Source of the DNA: an uncultured Verrucomicrobiota bacterium
Lineage (GTDB): Bacteria; Verrucomicrobiota; Verrucomicrobiia; Opitutales; Opitutaceae
Length of the DNA: 64,000 bases
Assembly: GCA_903904685.1 (NCBI GenBank)
Contig: CAIVDS010000056.1
Location: forward strand, 32,280 to 96,279
Reading direction: 5' to 3'
Below, one piece after another: positions 9,674 through 19,442 of this stretch. The notes beneath the pieces are model-generated. The model ran no database searches and was not told the DNA's origin. It worked only from the letters and a program-made list of their open reading frames with translations. Both the position numbers and the translations under genes were made by a program. Each line of letters opens with the position of its first letter. The first letter of the stretch is position 1.

Positions 9674-10575
9674 TTGTCTAGATAGTAACTGCGTTGTTTA
9701 TCCGAGATAGGCATGCCCGCACGTTCCATAACCTGCAACAAATCCTCCCATACCATGCGTTTGGATCGATTGGAGGCATTTCGTAAGATATAGGAGGGAT
9801 GATAGGTCACCATGACTGGCTTGCCAGCGAATTGTTTCCATCGACCGCGAATCTCCCCAAGCGTCTTGAAGGTGTCAGCACCCAACAGTCCCTGCGCAGC
9901 CGTCGAACCAAGCGCCACGATCAGCTCCGGATTCACGATCTCGATCTGCGCCCGCAAAAACGGCAGGCAAAACGCCATCTCCTCAGGCGATGGCGGACGA
10001 TTGCCAATCTGCTCCAGTCCCGCAGACGCCGGCATCTGCGGACGCCAGTTCATGATGTTGCCTATATAAACGTCACCACGTTTCAGCCCCATACCGCCGA
10101 TCATCTTGGTAAGCAACTGGCCGGCAGGCCCCACAAACGGCTCGCCCTGCACCTCCTCTTCCGCCCCCGGCGCCTCGCCTACAAACATGATTTTCGCATC
10201 AAGCGAGCCCACGCCCAGCACGACTTTTTTTCCGAGGCGGACATGGGCCATACATATCGGATGGTTGAGCACTTGATCACGCAACCAAGCCCACTGCGTC
10301 GCCTTGTCCCCCGGCGGCAAAATCACCACGGGAGGTGGCGGCAGCTTCGGAGCAATCGACGCGGCGGGCTTCGCCACCGGCTTAACTGATGCAGCCGCGA
10401 CGGCGACTGGTCCGATCTTTCCGGCATCCGGTTTTCGTTCCCCGATTTGCAACGCCCGAGCCGTGATCACACGCCGCAACGTCGCGAGGCTCTCGTCCGA
10501 AACAGACACCGACTTCACGCCTGTGGATCGCAGGCGTTTCAATTCGTCGGTGAGGGCGGTGAGCACGGTGCGCAT
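9670..10575 (-). CDS. Uracil-DNA glycosylase, family 4-like, with N-terminal extension
   Basis: FVGEAPG, GEPFVGPAG, NRPP, TYHPSY motifs. Confidence 0.92.
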   Translation of the reverse strand: MRTVLTALTDELKRLRSTGVKSVSVSDESLATLRRVITARALQIGERKPDAGKIGPVAVAAASVKPVAKPAASIAPKLPPPPVVILPPGDKATQWAWLRDQVLNHPICMAHVRLGKKVVLGVGSLDAKIMFVGEAPGAEEEVQGEPFVGPAGQLLTKMIGGMGLKRGDVYIGNIMNWRPQMPASAGLEQIGNRPPSPEEMAFCLPFLRAQIEIVNPELIVALGSTAAQGLLGADTFKTLGEIRGRWKQFAGKPVMVTYHPSYILRNASNRSKRMVWEDLLQVMERAGMPISDKQRSYYLDK

Positions 10576-10583
10576 GAATAAAA

Positions 10584-11180
10584 TTACGGCCGATGAAAGA
10601 CAGTGAGTTTCTCGATATACTTGCCGAGCAAGTCGAATTCCAAGTTCACCGGCGCCCCGGCCTGCTTCTCGCGCAAGTTGGTAACGGCGATGGTCGTGGG
10701 AATAATCCAGACGGCAAAGACATCGCCGTCCACCTCGGCCACCGTCAAAGAAATGCCGTCGATCGTGATGCTACCCTTGCTGATCAAATATCGGCCCTGA
10801 CCGGCCGGTGCGCGCACCTTGAGATAATGATCGCTGCCTCGTGGCTCGAATATCTCGATGACGCCCAGGCCATCGACATGGCCGGTTACAAAATGTCCGC
10901 CAATTTTCCCGCCAAAACGCAGACTGCGCTCCAAATTGACCGCCGCTCCCGGCCTGAGCGTTGAGAAATTCGTCAGCCGACGCGTCTCTTCCAAAACATC
11001 GAAGGAGAGGCTCCGCTCGTCAAACTGCGTGACCGTCAGACAACAGCCGTTGACGGCGATGCTGTCGCCCGACGCGATGTCTTGCAGGGCAGCGCGCGCC
11101 GCAATGCGCAGCTTCCACGCATTCGTGCCGCGCGTGAAAGCGACAACCGAGCCCGCCTCTTCAATGATACCGGTGAACAT
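10584..11180 (-). CDS. ribE: Riboflavin synthase (alpha chain)
   Basis: MFTGIIEE N-terminus, SIAVNGCCLTV, VNLERS, GGHFVTGHVD, NLEFD. Confidence 0.97.
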   Translation of the reverse strand: MFTGIIEEAGSVVAFTRGTNAWKLRIAARAALQDIASGDSIAVNGCCLTVTQFDERSLSFDVLEETRRLTNFSTLRPGAAVNLERSLRFGGKIGGHFVTGHVDGLGVIEIFEPRGSDHYLKVRAPAGQGRYLISKGSITIDGISLTVAEVDGDVFAVWIIPTTIAVTNLREKQAGAPVNLEFDLLGKYIEKLTVFHRP

Positions 11181-11281
11181 GTTGAAAGGATGAAATTGAA
11201 ATTACGAGGACCAGAGGGAAGCAAAGCCGCGCCCTGATTTCCAGCTTTCCTCATTTTCAATCGAAATCAGGCGGCCGTTGT

Positions 11282-12679
11282 TCACTTCAGTTTCACTCGC
11301 AACACAGCGGTTTCTCCGTTGCGACTGGTGAGCAGCACGAATTCGGAACGACTCGCGTCAGCCTCGATGGCGGTGAGCTTTTCGACCGCATCGGCGTAAG
11401 TCTTCACCTCAACCCCGTCCACTTCTTGTATCCAGTCGTCGGTTCGCAGTCCGGCGGTCCCCGTCGGTCCGCTGTTTTTGACGAAATGCACGACCACGCC
11501 TTTTTGCGCGGCACGCTTCACCCGGCGCATCACTCCATCGCCGTAAACAAACTCGCGAACGGTAAACCCGAGCTTGTCGAAATAATGCCGGTCGGTCTCC
11601 CGGATCAGCTTAGGCTGTTCGGCCAGAGTCGCCTTGATTTCGAGCCGTTCGCCGCCACGCAGGACGGTCATTGCCAGAACATCGCCGGGTTTACGCCTGT
11701 TCAACTCACGCTCGACGTAGGACAGCACCACCTGATCGGGTTTGAACCGTGGCAACGGTTGGCCATCGAGCGCCAGAATGATGTCACGGTCCTTGAGTCC
11801 CGCCGCTTCGGCCGGACTGCCTTCGAGCACTTCGCTCACCACGCAGCCTGATTGGTTGGAAAGCTTCAAAAACGTGGCAACCTCGGGATCCATCGGCTGC
11901 AAACCGTAAGCGCCCAGCCAGGTGATCGGTCGGCCGGACACGTTCGCCGGAACCCGCGCCAACTCGGGCAGCACGACGGATGCGAGCTGAAACACGCTGC
12001 TTTCCTCGATGTTGAGCAACATGATCGGAGTCCCCCGTTCATTGCGTGAATACTCAATGAACCGCTGGCCAAACCCTCCGACCGCGAGGCCAGCAAACCC
12101 GCCTTCATGATCGAAAACGGGCAGGCCCGGCGCAGCCACTTCGCTGAGAGCAATCGCCGTGCGCTCCGGCATCGACTGAAGATGGGAAATCCGGCTCGCG
12201 AGAAAATACGGCGCGAAGTCCTCGTCCTTCCCGCGCAAACCGATGCCCCAAAACTCCTCGCCCAAGGCGGGTTCGTCCGCCGTGGATTTCGGTGCAAACG
12301 CGGTCACCGGCACCAGACTGGCCCGAAACTTTTGCTCCACGCGCACAAAATGCCAACCACTCAACGGATCCTGGCCAAGATACTCGGCCGAGGCGTAATC
12401 CACCACCGGTTTACCCGGCAGGTAAACGCGGAAATCCTTCAGCTTGGCCGGCGACACATAAGCATTGATCGCCGAAGGCGGCAAAACGAGCGTGCCGTTA
12501 GTGTCGGCGACCAAGGCCGTCGTCACCGACGGGCGGCGATCCAGTTCGCTTTCGGTAAAAAATTCGACCGCGACAACGCACTTCACCCGCTCTTTGAACA
12601 AGGCGGGGAAATCGGCCGCGCGGGCACCGATCAAGCAAAGGCATGCACAGATAAAACCGCCGCGAAAAAAGAATTTCAT
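11282..12679 (-). CDS. Exported trypsin-like/PDZ-PDZ protein with degenerate protease triad
   Basis: Signal peptide; PDZ motifs WLGAYGLQ, GSPAEAAGLKDRDIIL, AGLRTDDWI; no TNAHV or GNSGG. Confidence 0.8.
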   Translation of the reverse strand: MKFFFRGGFICACLCLIGARAADFPALFKERVKCVVAVEFFTESELDRRPSVTTALVADTNGTLVLPPSAINAYVSPAKLKDFRVYLPGKPVVDYASAEYLGQDPLSGWHFVRVEQKFRASLVPVTAFAPKSTADEPALGEEFWGIGLRGKDEDFAPYFLASRISHLQSMPERTAIALSEVAAPGLPVFDHEGGFAGLAVGGFGQRFIEYSRNERGTPIMLLNIEESSVFQLASVVLPELARVPANVSGRPITWLGAYGLQPMDPEVATFLKLSNQSGCVVSEVLEGSPAEAAGLKDRDIILALDGQPLPRFKPDQVVLSYVERELNRRKPGDVLAMTVLRGGERLEIKATLAEQPKLIRETDRHYFDKLGFTVREFVYGDGVMRRVKRAAQKGVVVHFVKNSGPTGTAGLRTDDWIQEVDGVEVKTYADAVEKLTAIEADASRSEFVLLTSRNGETAVLRVKLK

Positions 12680-14016
12680 GGTTTGAAAATATAGAATGAA
12701 ACCTGCCGGTCGCTTTGCGCCTCGACGAGAGTGGGCGCTGGTTTTTCGGCGAATACCGCGTAGGCTTTCTTCGCGGCATCGAGCGACGTGATCGGCTGCC
12801 GGTTGATCTTGGTGATGATGTTGCCGCGATCCAGACCGGCGACCGCCGCGGGAAATCCCGGTTGGACGCCGATGACCAGCAGGCCCGTATCGTCGGTGAG
12901 CTGGTTTTCACGGGCATAGGCGCGGGAGACTTTCCTCACCGTCAGACCCCATTTTTCAAAGGCCCATTCCTCGCCCTGACGGCTTTCCAACTTTTCCGTG
13001 ACAAGAGTGTAAACGGCAGTCTGCTCCCCGCGTTTTACGCTCAGTTTCACCGGCGCGCCCACCGGCAGACTGGCGATGAGATTTTGAATCGGCGGCAACT
13101 GCTCCGGAAATCGTCCGTCCACCGGCGCGCCATTGATGGTAAGCACGATGTCGCCGCCGCGCAGGCCCATTTTGGCGGCAGGCGAACCGGGATCGACGTT
13201 GTTGATGAGCAAGCCGGTATTTTGTTTTAGCGAATAAAATCCCTCCAAATCCAGCAACGCACCCGGGACGATGCCGATATAGCTGCGGGTGATGCTGCCG
13301 TCGCGCGCCAGTCCCTCGACAATGCGCCGGGCGATGTTGGCGGGAATCGCGAAGCCGAGATTTTCCGCGCCGAGGTAACCGCGCGAGTTTATGCCCATCA
13401 CGTGTCCGTCTTCATCGACGAGCGGGCCGCCTGAGTTGCCCGGATTGATGGCGGCGTCCGTCTGCAGCCAGGTGTTGAAAAGACCGGTTTCATAACCTTT
13501 CACGCCGCGATTGTCGGCGAAGTAGCGGCGGTTGTTGGAAATGACGCCGCGGGTCACCGTGCGCGTCAGCCCGTAAGGCGTGCCGACCGCGTAGGCCGTC
13601 TGGCCGGGATAGAGTTTGTCCGAGTCGGCAAAATCGGCGTGCGTGAACTTCAACCCACGGCGTTTCACCTCGGCGAGATCGAGGCGCAGCAACGCCAAAT
13701 CGGTCCAGTGATCCCAACCCACCAACGTGGCGTTGACGCGCTCCAGACTGGCAAGCGTGACCGAAAGCTCGACCGCGCGAGGGCTGGCGACATGGGCGTT
13801 GGTCAGGATCAGGCCATCGTCGGAAAGAATGACGCCCGATCCAATGCTCCCCGTGAACCGGCGCGCGCCCGCCTCGAACGTTTCCTCGCGCACGTCGATG
13901 CGCACGACAGCGTCGAGCAGCCGGTTGAAACCGCGCGACATGGCGGCCTGGGCGTCTTGGACGCAGGCGAGCGCGACGATTAAAACCGCCAGCAGGACAC
14001 GGGCGTTTCGCGTCAT
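12676..14016 (-). CDS. HtrA/DegP-family serine protease with two PDZ domains (ORF track start 14133, likely start 14016)
   Basis: LTNAHV (His), TDLALL (Asp), INPGNSGGP (Ser), GSPAAKMGLRGGD. Confidence 0.93.
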   Translation of the reverse strand: MTRNARVLLAVLIVALACVQDAQAAMSRGFNRLLDAVVRIDVREETFEAGARRFTGSIGSGVILSDDGLILTNAHVASPRAVELSVTLASLERVNATLVGWDHWTDLALLRLDLAEVKRRGLKFTHADFADSDKLYPGQTAYAVGTPYGLTRTVTRGVISNNRRYFADNRGVKGYETGLFNTWLQTDAAINPGNSGGPLVDEDGHVMGINSRGYLGAENLGFAIPANIARRIVEGLARDGSITRSYIGIVPGALLDLEGFYSLKQNTGLLINNVDPGSPAAKMGLRGGDIVLTINGAPVDGRFPEQLPPIQNLIASLPVGAPVKLSVKRGEQTAVYTLVTEKLESRQGEEWAFEKWGLTVRKVSRAYARENQLTDDTGLLVIGVQPGFPAAVAGLDRGNIITKINRQPITSLDAAKKAYAVFAEKPAPTLVEAQSDRQVSFYIFKP

Positions 14017-14058
14017 TGACGCACTTGGCGAATCCTTCACAGTGGTGGGTTTCATCCG

Positions 14059-16653
14059 ATGGCAACGCATTGCAAAGACTACGAGTTCCTCCAAATCGAG
14101 CCACATTGGCAAACTTTCTGGGAGACCCACCATTCATTCCGCGCCGTGGACGACACGTCGAAGCCGAAATACTACGTGCTCGACATGTTCCCCTACCCGT
14201 CCGGCGCCGGCTTGCACATCGGGCATCCAGAGGGCTACACCGCCACCGACATCATCGCCCGCTACAAACGCGCCAAGGGTTTCAACGTCCTCCATCCGAT
14301 CGGCTGGGACGCTTTCGGCCTGCCCGCCGAACAGCACGCGGTGAAGACCGGCACGCACCCGGCGGCCAACACCGCGGCGAACATCGCCAACTTCAAGCGG
14401 CAGATCAAGGCGCTCGGCTTCTCCTACGACTGGGAGCGCGAGCTCGCGACGACCGACGAAAAGTATTTCCGCTGGACGCAGTGGATATTCCTCCAACTTT
14501 TCAAACGCGGCCTCGCTTATGTTGACGAACGACCCGTGTGGTGGTGCCCCGAACTGCGCACCGTGCTCGCCAACGAGGAAGTCGTGGATGGCAAATCCGA
14601 AGTCGGCGGCTTCCCTGTCGAGCGGCGCAACCTGCGCCAGTGGGTGCTGCGCATCACCGCCTACGCCGAACGTCTGCTGGCCGACCTGAAGGATGTCGAT
14701 TGGCCCGACTCCACCAAACGTATGCAAGAAGCGTGGATCGGCCGCAGCGAGGGCGCGGAGGTTTCATTCGCGCTGGAAAACGAAAAGCTCGGTGCGCTGA
14801 AAGTTTTCACCACTCGGCCAGACACGCTGTTCGGCTGCACCTACATGGTGCTCGCGCCGGAGCATCCGCTGGTGGACGCGCTCACGACGTCGGAGCAGCG
14901 CGACGCCATTGCCGCCTATCGCCGCCAGGCCGCTGCCAAGTCCGATCTCGACCGCACCGATCTCGCCAAGGGCGAAAAAACCGGCGTGTTCACCGGTTCC
15001 TTCGCGATCAATCCCGTAAACGGAGCCCGCCTTCCCGTCTGGGTAGCCGACTACGTCCTCATGGGCTACGGAACCGGTGCCATCATGGCGGTGCCGGCCC
15101 ACGACGAACGCGACTACGATTTCGCCGTCCAATTCAAACTCCCGATCATTCAAGTCATCGACTCCGGAAAACCCGACCAGAAGCTGCCCTTTATCGACGA
15201 CGGCAAGTTGATCAACTCCGGTCCGTTCAACGGCATTGACTGGAATGAAGCCAAAAAACGTCTCACCGCCGATCTCGCCGCCAAAGGCCGGGGCAAAACG
15301 ACCGTCAACTACAAGCTCCGCGACTGGCTCTTTTCGCGCCAGCGTTACTGGGGCGAGCCGTTCCCGATCATCTGGGTGACGGAATCTGACTACGCAAAAG
15401 CAGCCGCCCATCCGGCCAGCGCCGCCGACCTTCCATCTTCGCCAGTCACTTATAAAGACTCCGCCACCGACACGACTTGGTTCGCACTCCCCGTGGCCGC
15501 CTCAACACTCCCACTGGTATTGCCCGAGGTGCAGTCCTACCTGCCCAGCGGCAACGGCGAGAGCCCGCTCGCCAACGTCACCGAATGGCTGGAAATCTGG
15601 CTCAACCTAGCGACCGGCGCTTTCGTGCCCGCCTCGCAGCCACGGCCCGACGGCTGCAATTGGATTCGCGGTCGCCGTGAAACCAATACCATGCCGCAAT
15701 GGGCCGGCTCGTGCTGGTATTACCTGCGTTTCATTGATCCGAAAAACGACAAGACCTTCGCTGATCCCAAACTCCTCGCCTACTGGGGCGTGCCCGATCT
15801 CTACGTCGGCGGCGCCGAGCACGCCGTGCTTCACCTGCTCTACGCGCGCTTCTGGCACAAGGTTCTCTTCGATCTCGGCGTCGTTCCGCAATCCGAGCCG
15901 TTCACAAAGCTTTTCCACCAAGGCATCATCCTCGGCGAGGACGGTGAAAAAATGTCAAAGAGCCGCGGCAACGTCGTCAACCCGGACACCATCAATACCA
16001 GCCACGGCACCGACACGCTGCGCCTTTATCTGATGTTCCTCGGACCGCTTGAGGCCATGAAGCCGTGGAATCCCAACGGCATCGAGGGCGTTCACCGCTT
16101 CCTTCAAAAAATCTGGCGCGAATGTCTCAGCCGCGAAGGAGAGGTCAACTCGAAGATCACCCTAGACGACTCCGCCGCCGAATCCGCCGAGTTCGTCAAG
16201 CTGTTTCACGAAACCATCAAGAAGGTCGGCGACGACATCGAGAACCTGCGTTTCAACACCGCTATCTCCCAGATGATGATTTTCTCGAACGCCCTCCAGA
16301 AGGCCGAGCGCGTGAACCGCCGCACGGTCCTCGGCTTCCTGCAACTCCTCGCGCCGTTCGCACCTCACATCGCCGAAGAACTCTGGTCCCGCTTGGGCGG
16401 AACCACCGTATCAGTCCTGCAAGCCGCTTGGCCGCAATTCGACCCCGCCAAACTCGTTTCGACCGAACAAAAGATCATCGTTCAGATAAATGGGAAGAAA
16501 CGCGCCGAATTCCTTCTTCCTGTTGGCTCCAACCAAGATGCCGCCTTCGCCGTGGCTCAAGCCCATTCCGATGTAACCCCTTATCTCGTCGGCAAAAATC
16601 TCAAACGGGTAATCTTCGTCCCGGGGAAAATTCTGAATATTGTGATTGAGTAA
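14059..16653 (+). CDS. leuS: Leucine--tRNA ligase
   Basis: MFPYPSGAGLHIGH, FTTRPDT editing domain, DWLFSRQRYWG, KMSKS. Confidence 0.98.
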   Translation: MATHCKDYEFLQIEPHWQTFWETHHSFRAVDDTSKPKYYVLDMFPYPSGAGLHIGHPEGYTATDIIARYKRAKGFNVLHPIGWDAFGLPAEQHAVKTGTHPAANTAANIANFKRQIKALGFSYDWERELATTDEKYFRWTQWIFLQLFKRGLAYVDERPVWWCPELRTVLANEEVVDGKSEVGGFPVERRNLRQWVLRITAYAERLLADLKDVDWPDSTKRMQEAWIGRSEGAEVSFALENEKLGALKVFTTRPDTLFGCTYMVLAPEHPLVDALTTSEQRDAIAAYRRQAAAKSDLDRTDLAKGEKTGVFTGSFAINPVNGARLPVWVADYVLMGYGTGAIMAVPAHDERDYDFAVQFKLPIIQVIDSGKPDQKLPFIDDGKLINSGPFNGIDWNEAKKRLTADLAAKGRGKTTVNYKLRDWLFSRQRYWGEPFPIIWVTESDYAKAAAHPASAADLPSSPVTYKDSATDTTWFALPVAASTLPLVLPEVQSYLPSGNGESPLANVTEWLEIWLNLATGAFVPASQPRPDGCNWIRGRRETNTMPQWAGSCWYYLRFIDPKNDKTFADPKLLAYWGVPDLYVGGAEHAVLHLLYARFWHKVLFDLGVVPQSEPFTKLFHQGIILGEDGEKMSKSRGNVVNPDTINTSHGTDTLRLYLMFLGPLEAMKPWNPNGIEGVHRFLQKIWRECLSREGEVNSKITLDDSAAESAEFVKLFHETIKKVGDDIENLRFNTAISQMMIFSNALQKAERVNRRTVLGFLQLLAPFAPHIAEELWSRLGGTTVSVLQAAWPQFDPAKLVSTEQKIIVQINGKKRAEFLLPVGSNQDAAFAVAQAHSDVTPYLVGKNLKRVIFVPGKILNIVIE

Positions 16654-16732
16654 ATGGCGAACTCCCCTAGAAATAGGGGATAGACCCTAGTTGCTGTAGC
16701 TATGAATGAGGTTAAGGTTGGGCGTTCGCCAT
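16654..16732 (+). other. Candidate structured RNA or terminator-like element between leuS and the EPS export operon
   Basis: atggcgaac (16654-16662) is the perfect reverse complement of gttcgccat (16724-16732); it encloses a 7-bp hairpin tccccta-GAAA-tagggga. Confidence 0.35.
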
Positions 16733-16779
16733 CTGTAGTTTCAATCATAACATAGCCTAGTTTCGTTCACTAACTCACC

Positions 16780-17613
16780 ATGAAAACCAAACTGCATTTC
16801 CTCCCTACGACCGCGATGGGGCTGATGGCTGCCGTTTTGTTCGGAGTGTCCGCTGCGGAAATGCGCGCCGAAAGCAGCGCAAAACGCAAAAAACCCACCA
16901 GCAAGCTCTACGTCGCCGAAGTTGAAGGAGTGGCATCCATTAACACCGGAGATAGAATCGACGACCTCGTTCAGAAATCGGTTTACTCGGCCGAAGGAAC
17001 CATCATCGAAAGCAGACCTGACGCAACCACAGCCATCGTGTTGTCGAATGGCACGGGTATGTGCTTCGACCCCAATACCGAACTTGATATCAGACGATTC
17101 CAACAGGAACCGTTTTCCCCGAACCGCAACGACCCCGAAGTCGAGCCCTCTATTTCCCAAACAAACGGTTGGCTGCCTCATGGAGTCATCGGTCTATGCA
17201 ACAGCAAAATGGTGGCTGGAAGCACCATGAATTTTAGCACGCCACAAGCGGTCATGGCCGTCCATGCTAGGAAAGTGGTGGTCGAAACCACCGACACCGA
17301 AACGCGCATCTCCGTTATCGATGGCGAAGTCACCGTCCAAGGCGGACTGTCCGGCGGCGGCGAGACCGTCAACACCGGTCAACAGGCCGTTATCACCCGT
17401 TCATCACCGACGGCCCCGTCGGTTGTGAAAATACAGCCTATCCCGCCTGAACAAAGCAAGCCGTTGAGCGACCGGGTCGCCATTGCCTGCATGGCTAGAA
17501 AGACGGTGTATTTTGATGTGGATAAAACCGACCCGAATGAAATCATTCCCAAACCGGTCGTGCCCCCAGGACCGTATATCCCCCCAGTCAGCCCTTACAT
17601 CATTTCCCACTAA
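16780..17613 (+). CDS. Exported FecR-domain-like protein
   Basis: Signal peptide then beta-rich FecR-like pattern (FSTPQAVMAVHARKVVVET, ISVIDGEVTV); Pro-rich tail. Confidence 0.7.
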   Translation: MKTKLHFLPTTAMGLMAAVLFGVSAAEMRAESSAKRKKPTSKLYVAEVEGVASINTGDRIDDLVQKSVYSAEGTIIESRPDATTAIVLSNGTGMCFDPNTELDIRRFQQEPFSPNRNDPEVEPSISQTNGWLPHGVIGLCNSKMVAGSTMNFSTPQAVMAVHARKVVVETTDTETRISVIDGEVTVQGGLSGGGETVNTGQQAVITRSSPTAPSVVKIQPIPPEQSKPLSDRVAIACMARKTVYFDVDKTDPNEIIPKPVVPPGPYIPPVSPYIISH

Positions 17614-17647
17614 CACGCATTAACCCGCGTTTTTCCAACCACTGATC

Positions 17648-18781
17648 ATGGATCACCAAACTTTCTTGCGATGGGTTGCGGTCGGAACCGCCGCAGTAAG
17701 CTTGGCCTCCACTCGGGGGTTGGCACTGGTCAGGTTAAACGACGGGCGGGACCAACTCTTCGTCAACGCATCCGTTTCGATGGGGTATAACTCTAATATT
17801 TTTGCAACCAAAACAGGTTCTGGCGACATACTAACCACCAGTAGTTTCGGCATCGAATACGTCAGAAAAGCCGGCTACATAGGCGTCAATGCCAGCGTCT
17901 CGTGGAGCTTGGGCCAGTTCGGCAGCAATACCGCCCAAAATTTCTCCAATCCCTCGCTCAACGTCGAATTTTCCAAGGCTACCGGCCGCACCACCGGATC
18001 TTTGACGCTCAGCGCCGCCCGCTCAAGCCGGGCCGACAGCGCTGCCGGCCTGCGCACCGATTCGTGGAACTACAATGCCGGCCTTAACTGGAAATACCCC
18101 ATCATTGATCGCTACAGCCTTTCCGGCGGCTTGAACTACGGCCAAATCCTTTATCAAAACGCCGCCCCAGGAATCAACAATCTCAATACCTACGGCGCGA
18201 GCCTGGACCTTTTTTATGCGTTTACCAGCGAGCGCGATTTGTTCGCCGGTTACAGCATAGGGTTTAGCGATTCAGGCAACGGTTCCCAAAGCACCGACCA
18301 CTCGTTCACCGTCGGTGTAAGTGGCAAAATCATCCCGAGGCTGAACGGCAACGTGCGCGCCGGTTACGAAATCCGCCAGGAGTCAACCGGCCAGACTTTC
18401 GGCAGTTGGACCGCCACGGTCGGCGTCACATGGAGCGTCAACCGGCGTTTCAGCCTCAACGGCACGGTCAACAAGGCATTCAGCACCACCTCAACAAGCT
18501 CCAGTATCGACACCTTGAGCGCCAACATCGATGCCCAATACTCCCTGACCGGCAAGGTATCCCTCCATGCCGGCATCGGTGCCGGCACCAGCGATTTCCT
18601 CAGTGGCCTCAGCGCCGGCCGGACCGATGAATTTTTTACGTGGAGCGCCGGGATCAACTATAATTTCAACGAGCACTTCAAGGCCGCCCTCACTTACAGC
18701 TACATGAAAAACTGGTCGAATGTTGGCTCGTCTAATTACGAGTCTGATTCCATTACTCTTAACCTCTCCACACGGTGGTGA
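17648..18781 (+). CDS. Outer-membrane beta-barrel protein of an exopolysaccharide export locus
   Basis: Signal peptide, alternating aromatic/Gly/Ser beta strands, C-terminal Trp (LSTRW), directly upstream of a Wza-like gene. Confidence 0.8.
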   Translation: MDHQTFLRWVAVGTAAVSLASTRGLALVRLNDGRDQLFVNASVSMGYNSNIFATKTGSGDILTTSSFGIEYVRKAGYIGVNASVSWSLGQFGSNTAQNFSNPSLNVEFSKATGRTTGSLTLSAARSSRADSAAGLRTDSWNYNAGLNWKYPIIDRYSLSGGLNYGQILYQNAAPGINNLNTYGASLDLFYAFTSERDLFAGYSIGFSDSGNGSQSTDHSFTVGVSGKIIPRLNGNVRAGYEIRQESTGQTFGSWTATVGVTWSVNRRFSLNGTVNKAFSTTSTSSSIDTLSANIDAQYSLTGKVSLHAGIGAGTSDFLSGLSAGRTDEFFTWSAGINYNFNEHFKAALTYSYMKNWSNVGSSNYESDSITLNLSTRW

Positions 18782-19431
18782 TGCCTCCAATGAGCCTGCG
18801 CTTATCCTCTTTCCTTCTGTTTTGGCCGGTCGTTTTATCCCTTTCCTTGATCGCCACGCTCGGCGTCCGGGCTGATGACCGCGCCCAAGTGCCCATCAAT
18901 CAAGCCGTGCTCGCCTACACGATCACCCTGACGGATCTCCTTCGCGTCGACATTTACCAAGAGGACGACCTTAAGACGATGTCTCGAGTCGACGCCAAAG
19001 GTAACGTTAATCTCCCGCTCGTCGGCGAAGTCCGCGTGGTGGGTCTCACCATCAGCGAGGCCCAGAAAGCCGTCGCAAACGCCTACCGTGACGGCCGTTA
19101 TCTGCGCACCCCTCAGGTCACCATCAATGTCGAGGCCTACGCCTCCCGCGAGGTCTCAATTCAAGGACAGGTGCGCTCCCCGGGCCGTTTCCCTCTCCCG
19201 ATCGAATCCAGCATGACCGTGCTCGAACTCGTCACCAAAGCCGGCGGCTTCACTGACACCGCCAAGGGGACTGCGGTTAACATCACCCGCATAAAAGCGG
19301 ATGGGAAAAAACAGGTTTTCACCATCGACGTCGAGAGTCTGATCAAAGGCAAAGACAAGGCCAATATCGGCGATAACTCGCTCATGCTCCAGCCCGGCGA
19401 CATCGTTTACGTGCCCGAACGCATCATCTAA
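18775..19431 (+). CDS. wza: Polysaccharide export protein, Wza/Poly_export + SLBB
   Basis: DLLRVDIYQE, GNVNLPLVGEVRVVGLT, PQVTINV, GQVRSPG, LQPGDIVYVPE. Confidence 0.88.
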   Translation: MVMPPMSLRLSSFLLFWPVVLSLSLIATLGVRADDRAQVPINQAVLAYTITLTDLLRVDIYQEDDLKTMSRVDAKGNVNLPLVGEVRVVGLTISEAQKAVANAYRDGRYLRTPQVTINVEAYASREVSIQGQVRSPGRFPLPIESSMTVLELVTKAGGFTDTAKGTAVNITRIKADGKKQVFTIDVESLIKGKDKANIGDNSLMLQPGDIVYVPERII

Positions 19432-19442
19432 TAATTCAAATC

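Noticed and set aside
11181-11281. FMN riboswitch upstream of riboflavin synthase
   Set aside because: Gap is only about 100 nt and lacks the AGGGC...GGUGAAAUUCC...AGCAGA core
16710-16770. Fluoride riboswitch (GUUCGCCAU resembles part of the motif)
   Set aside because: No adjacent 5' GGxGAUG segment or 3' GCUxAUGAC segment, and no fluoride-related gene downstream
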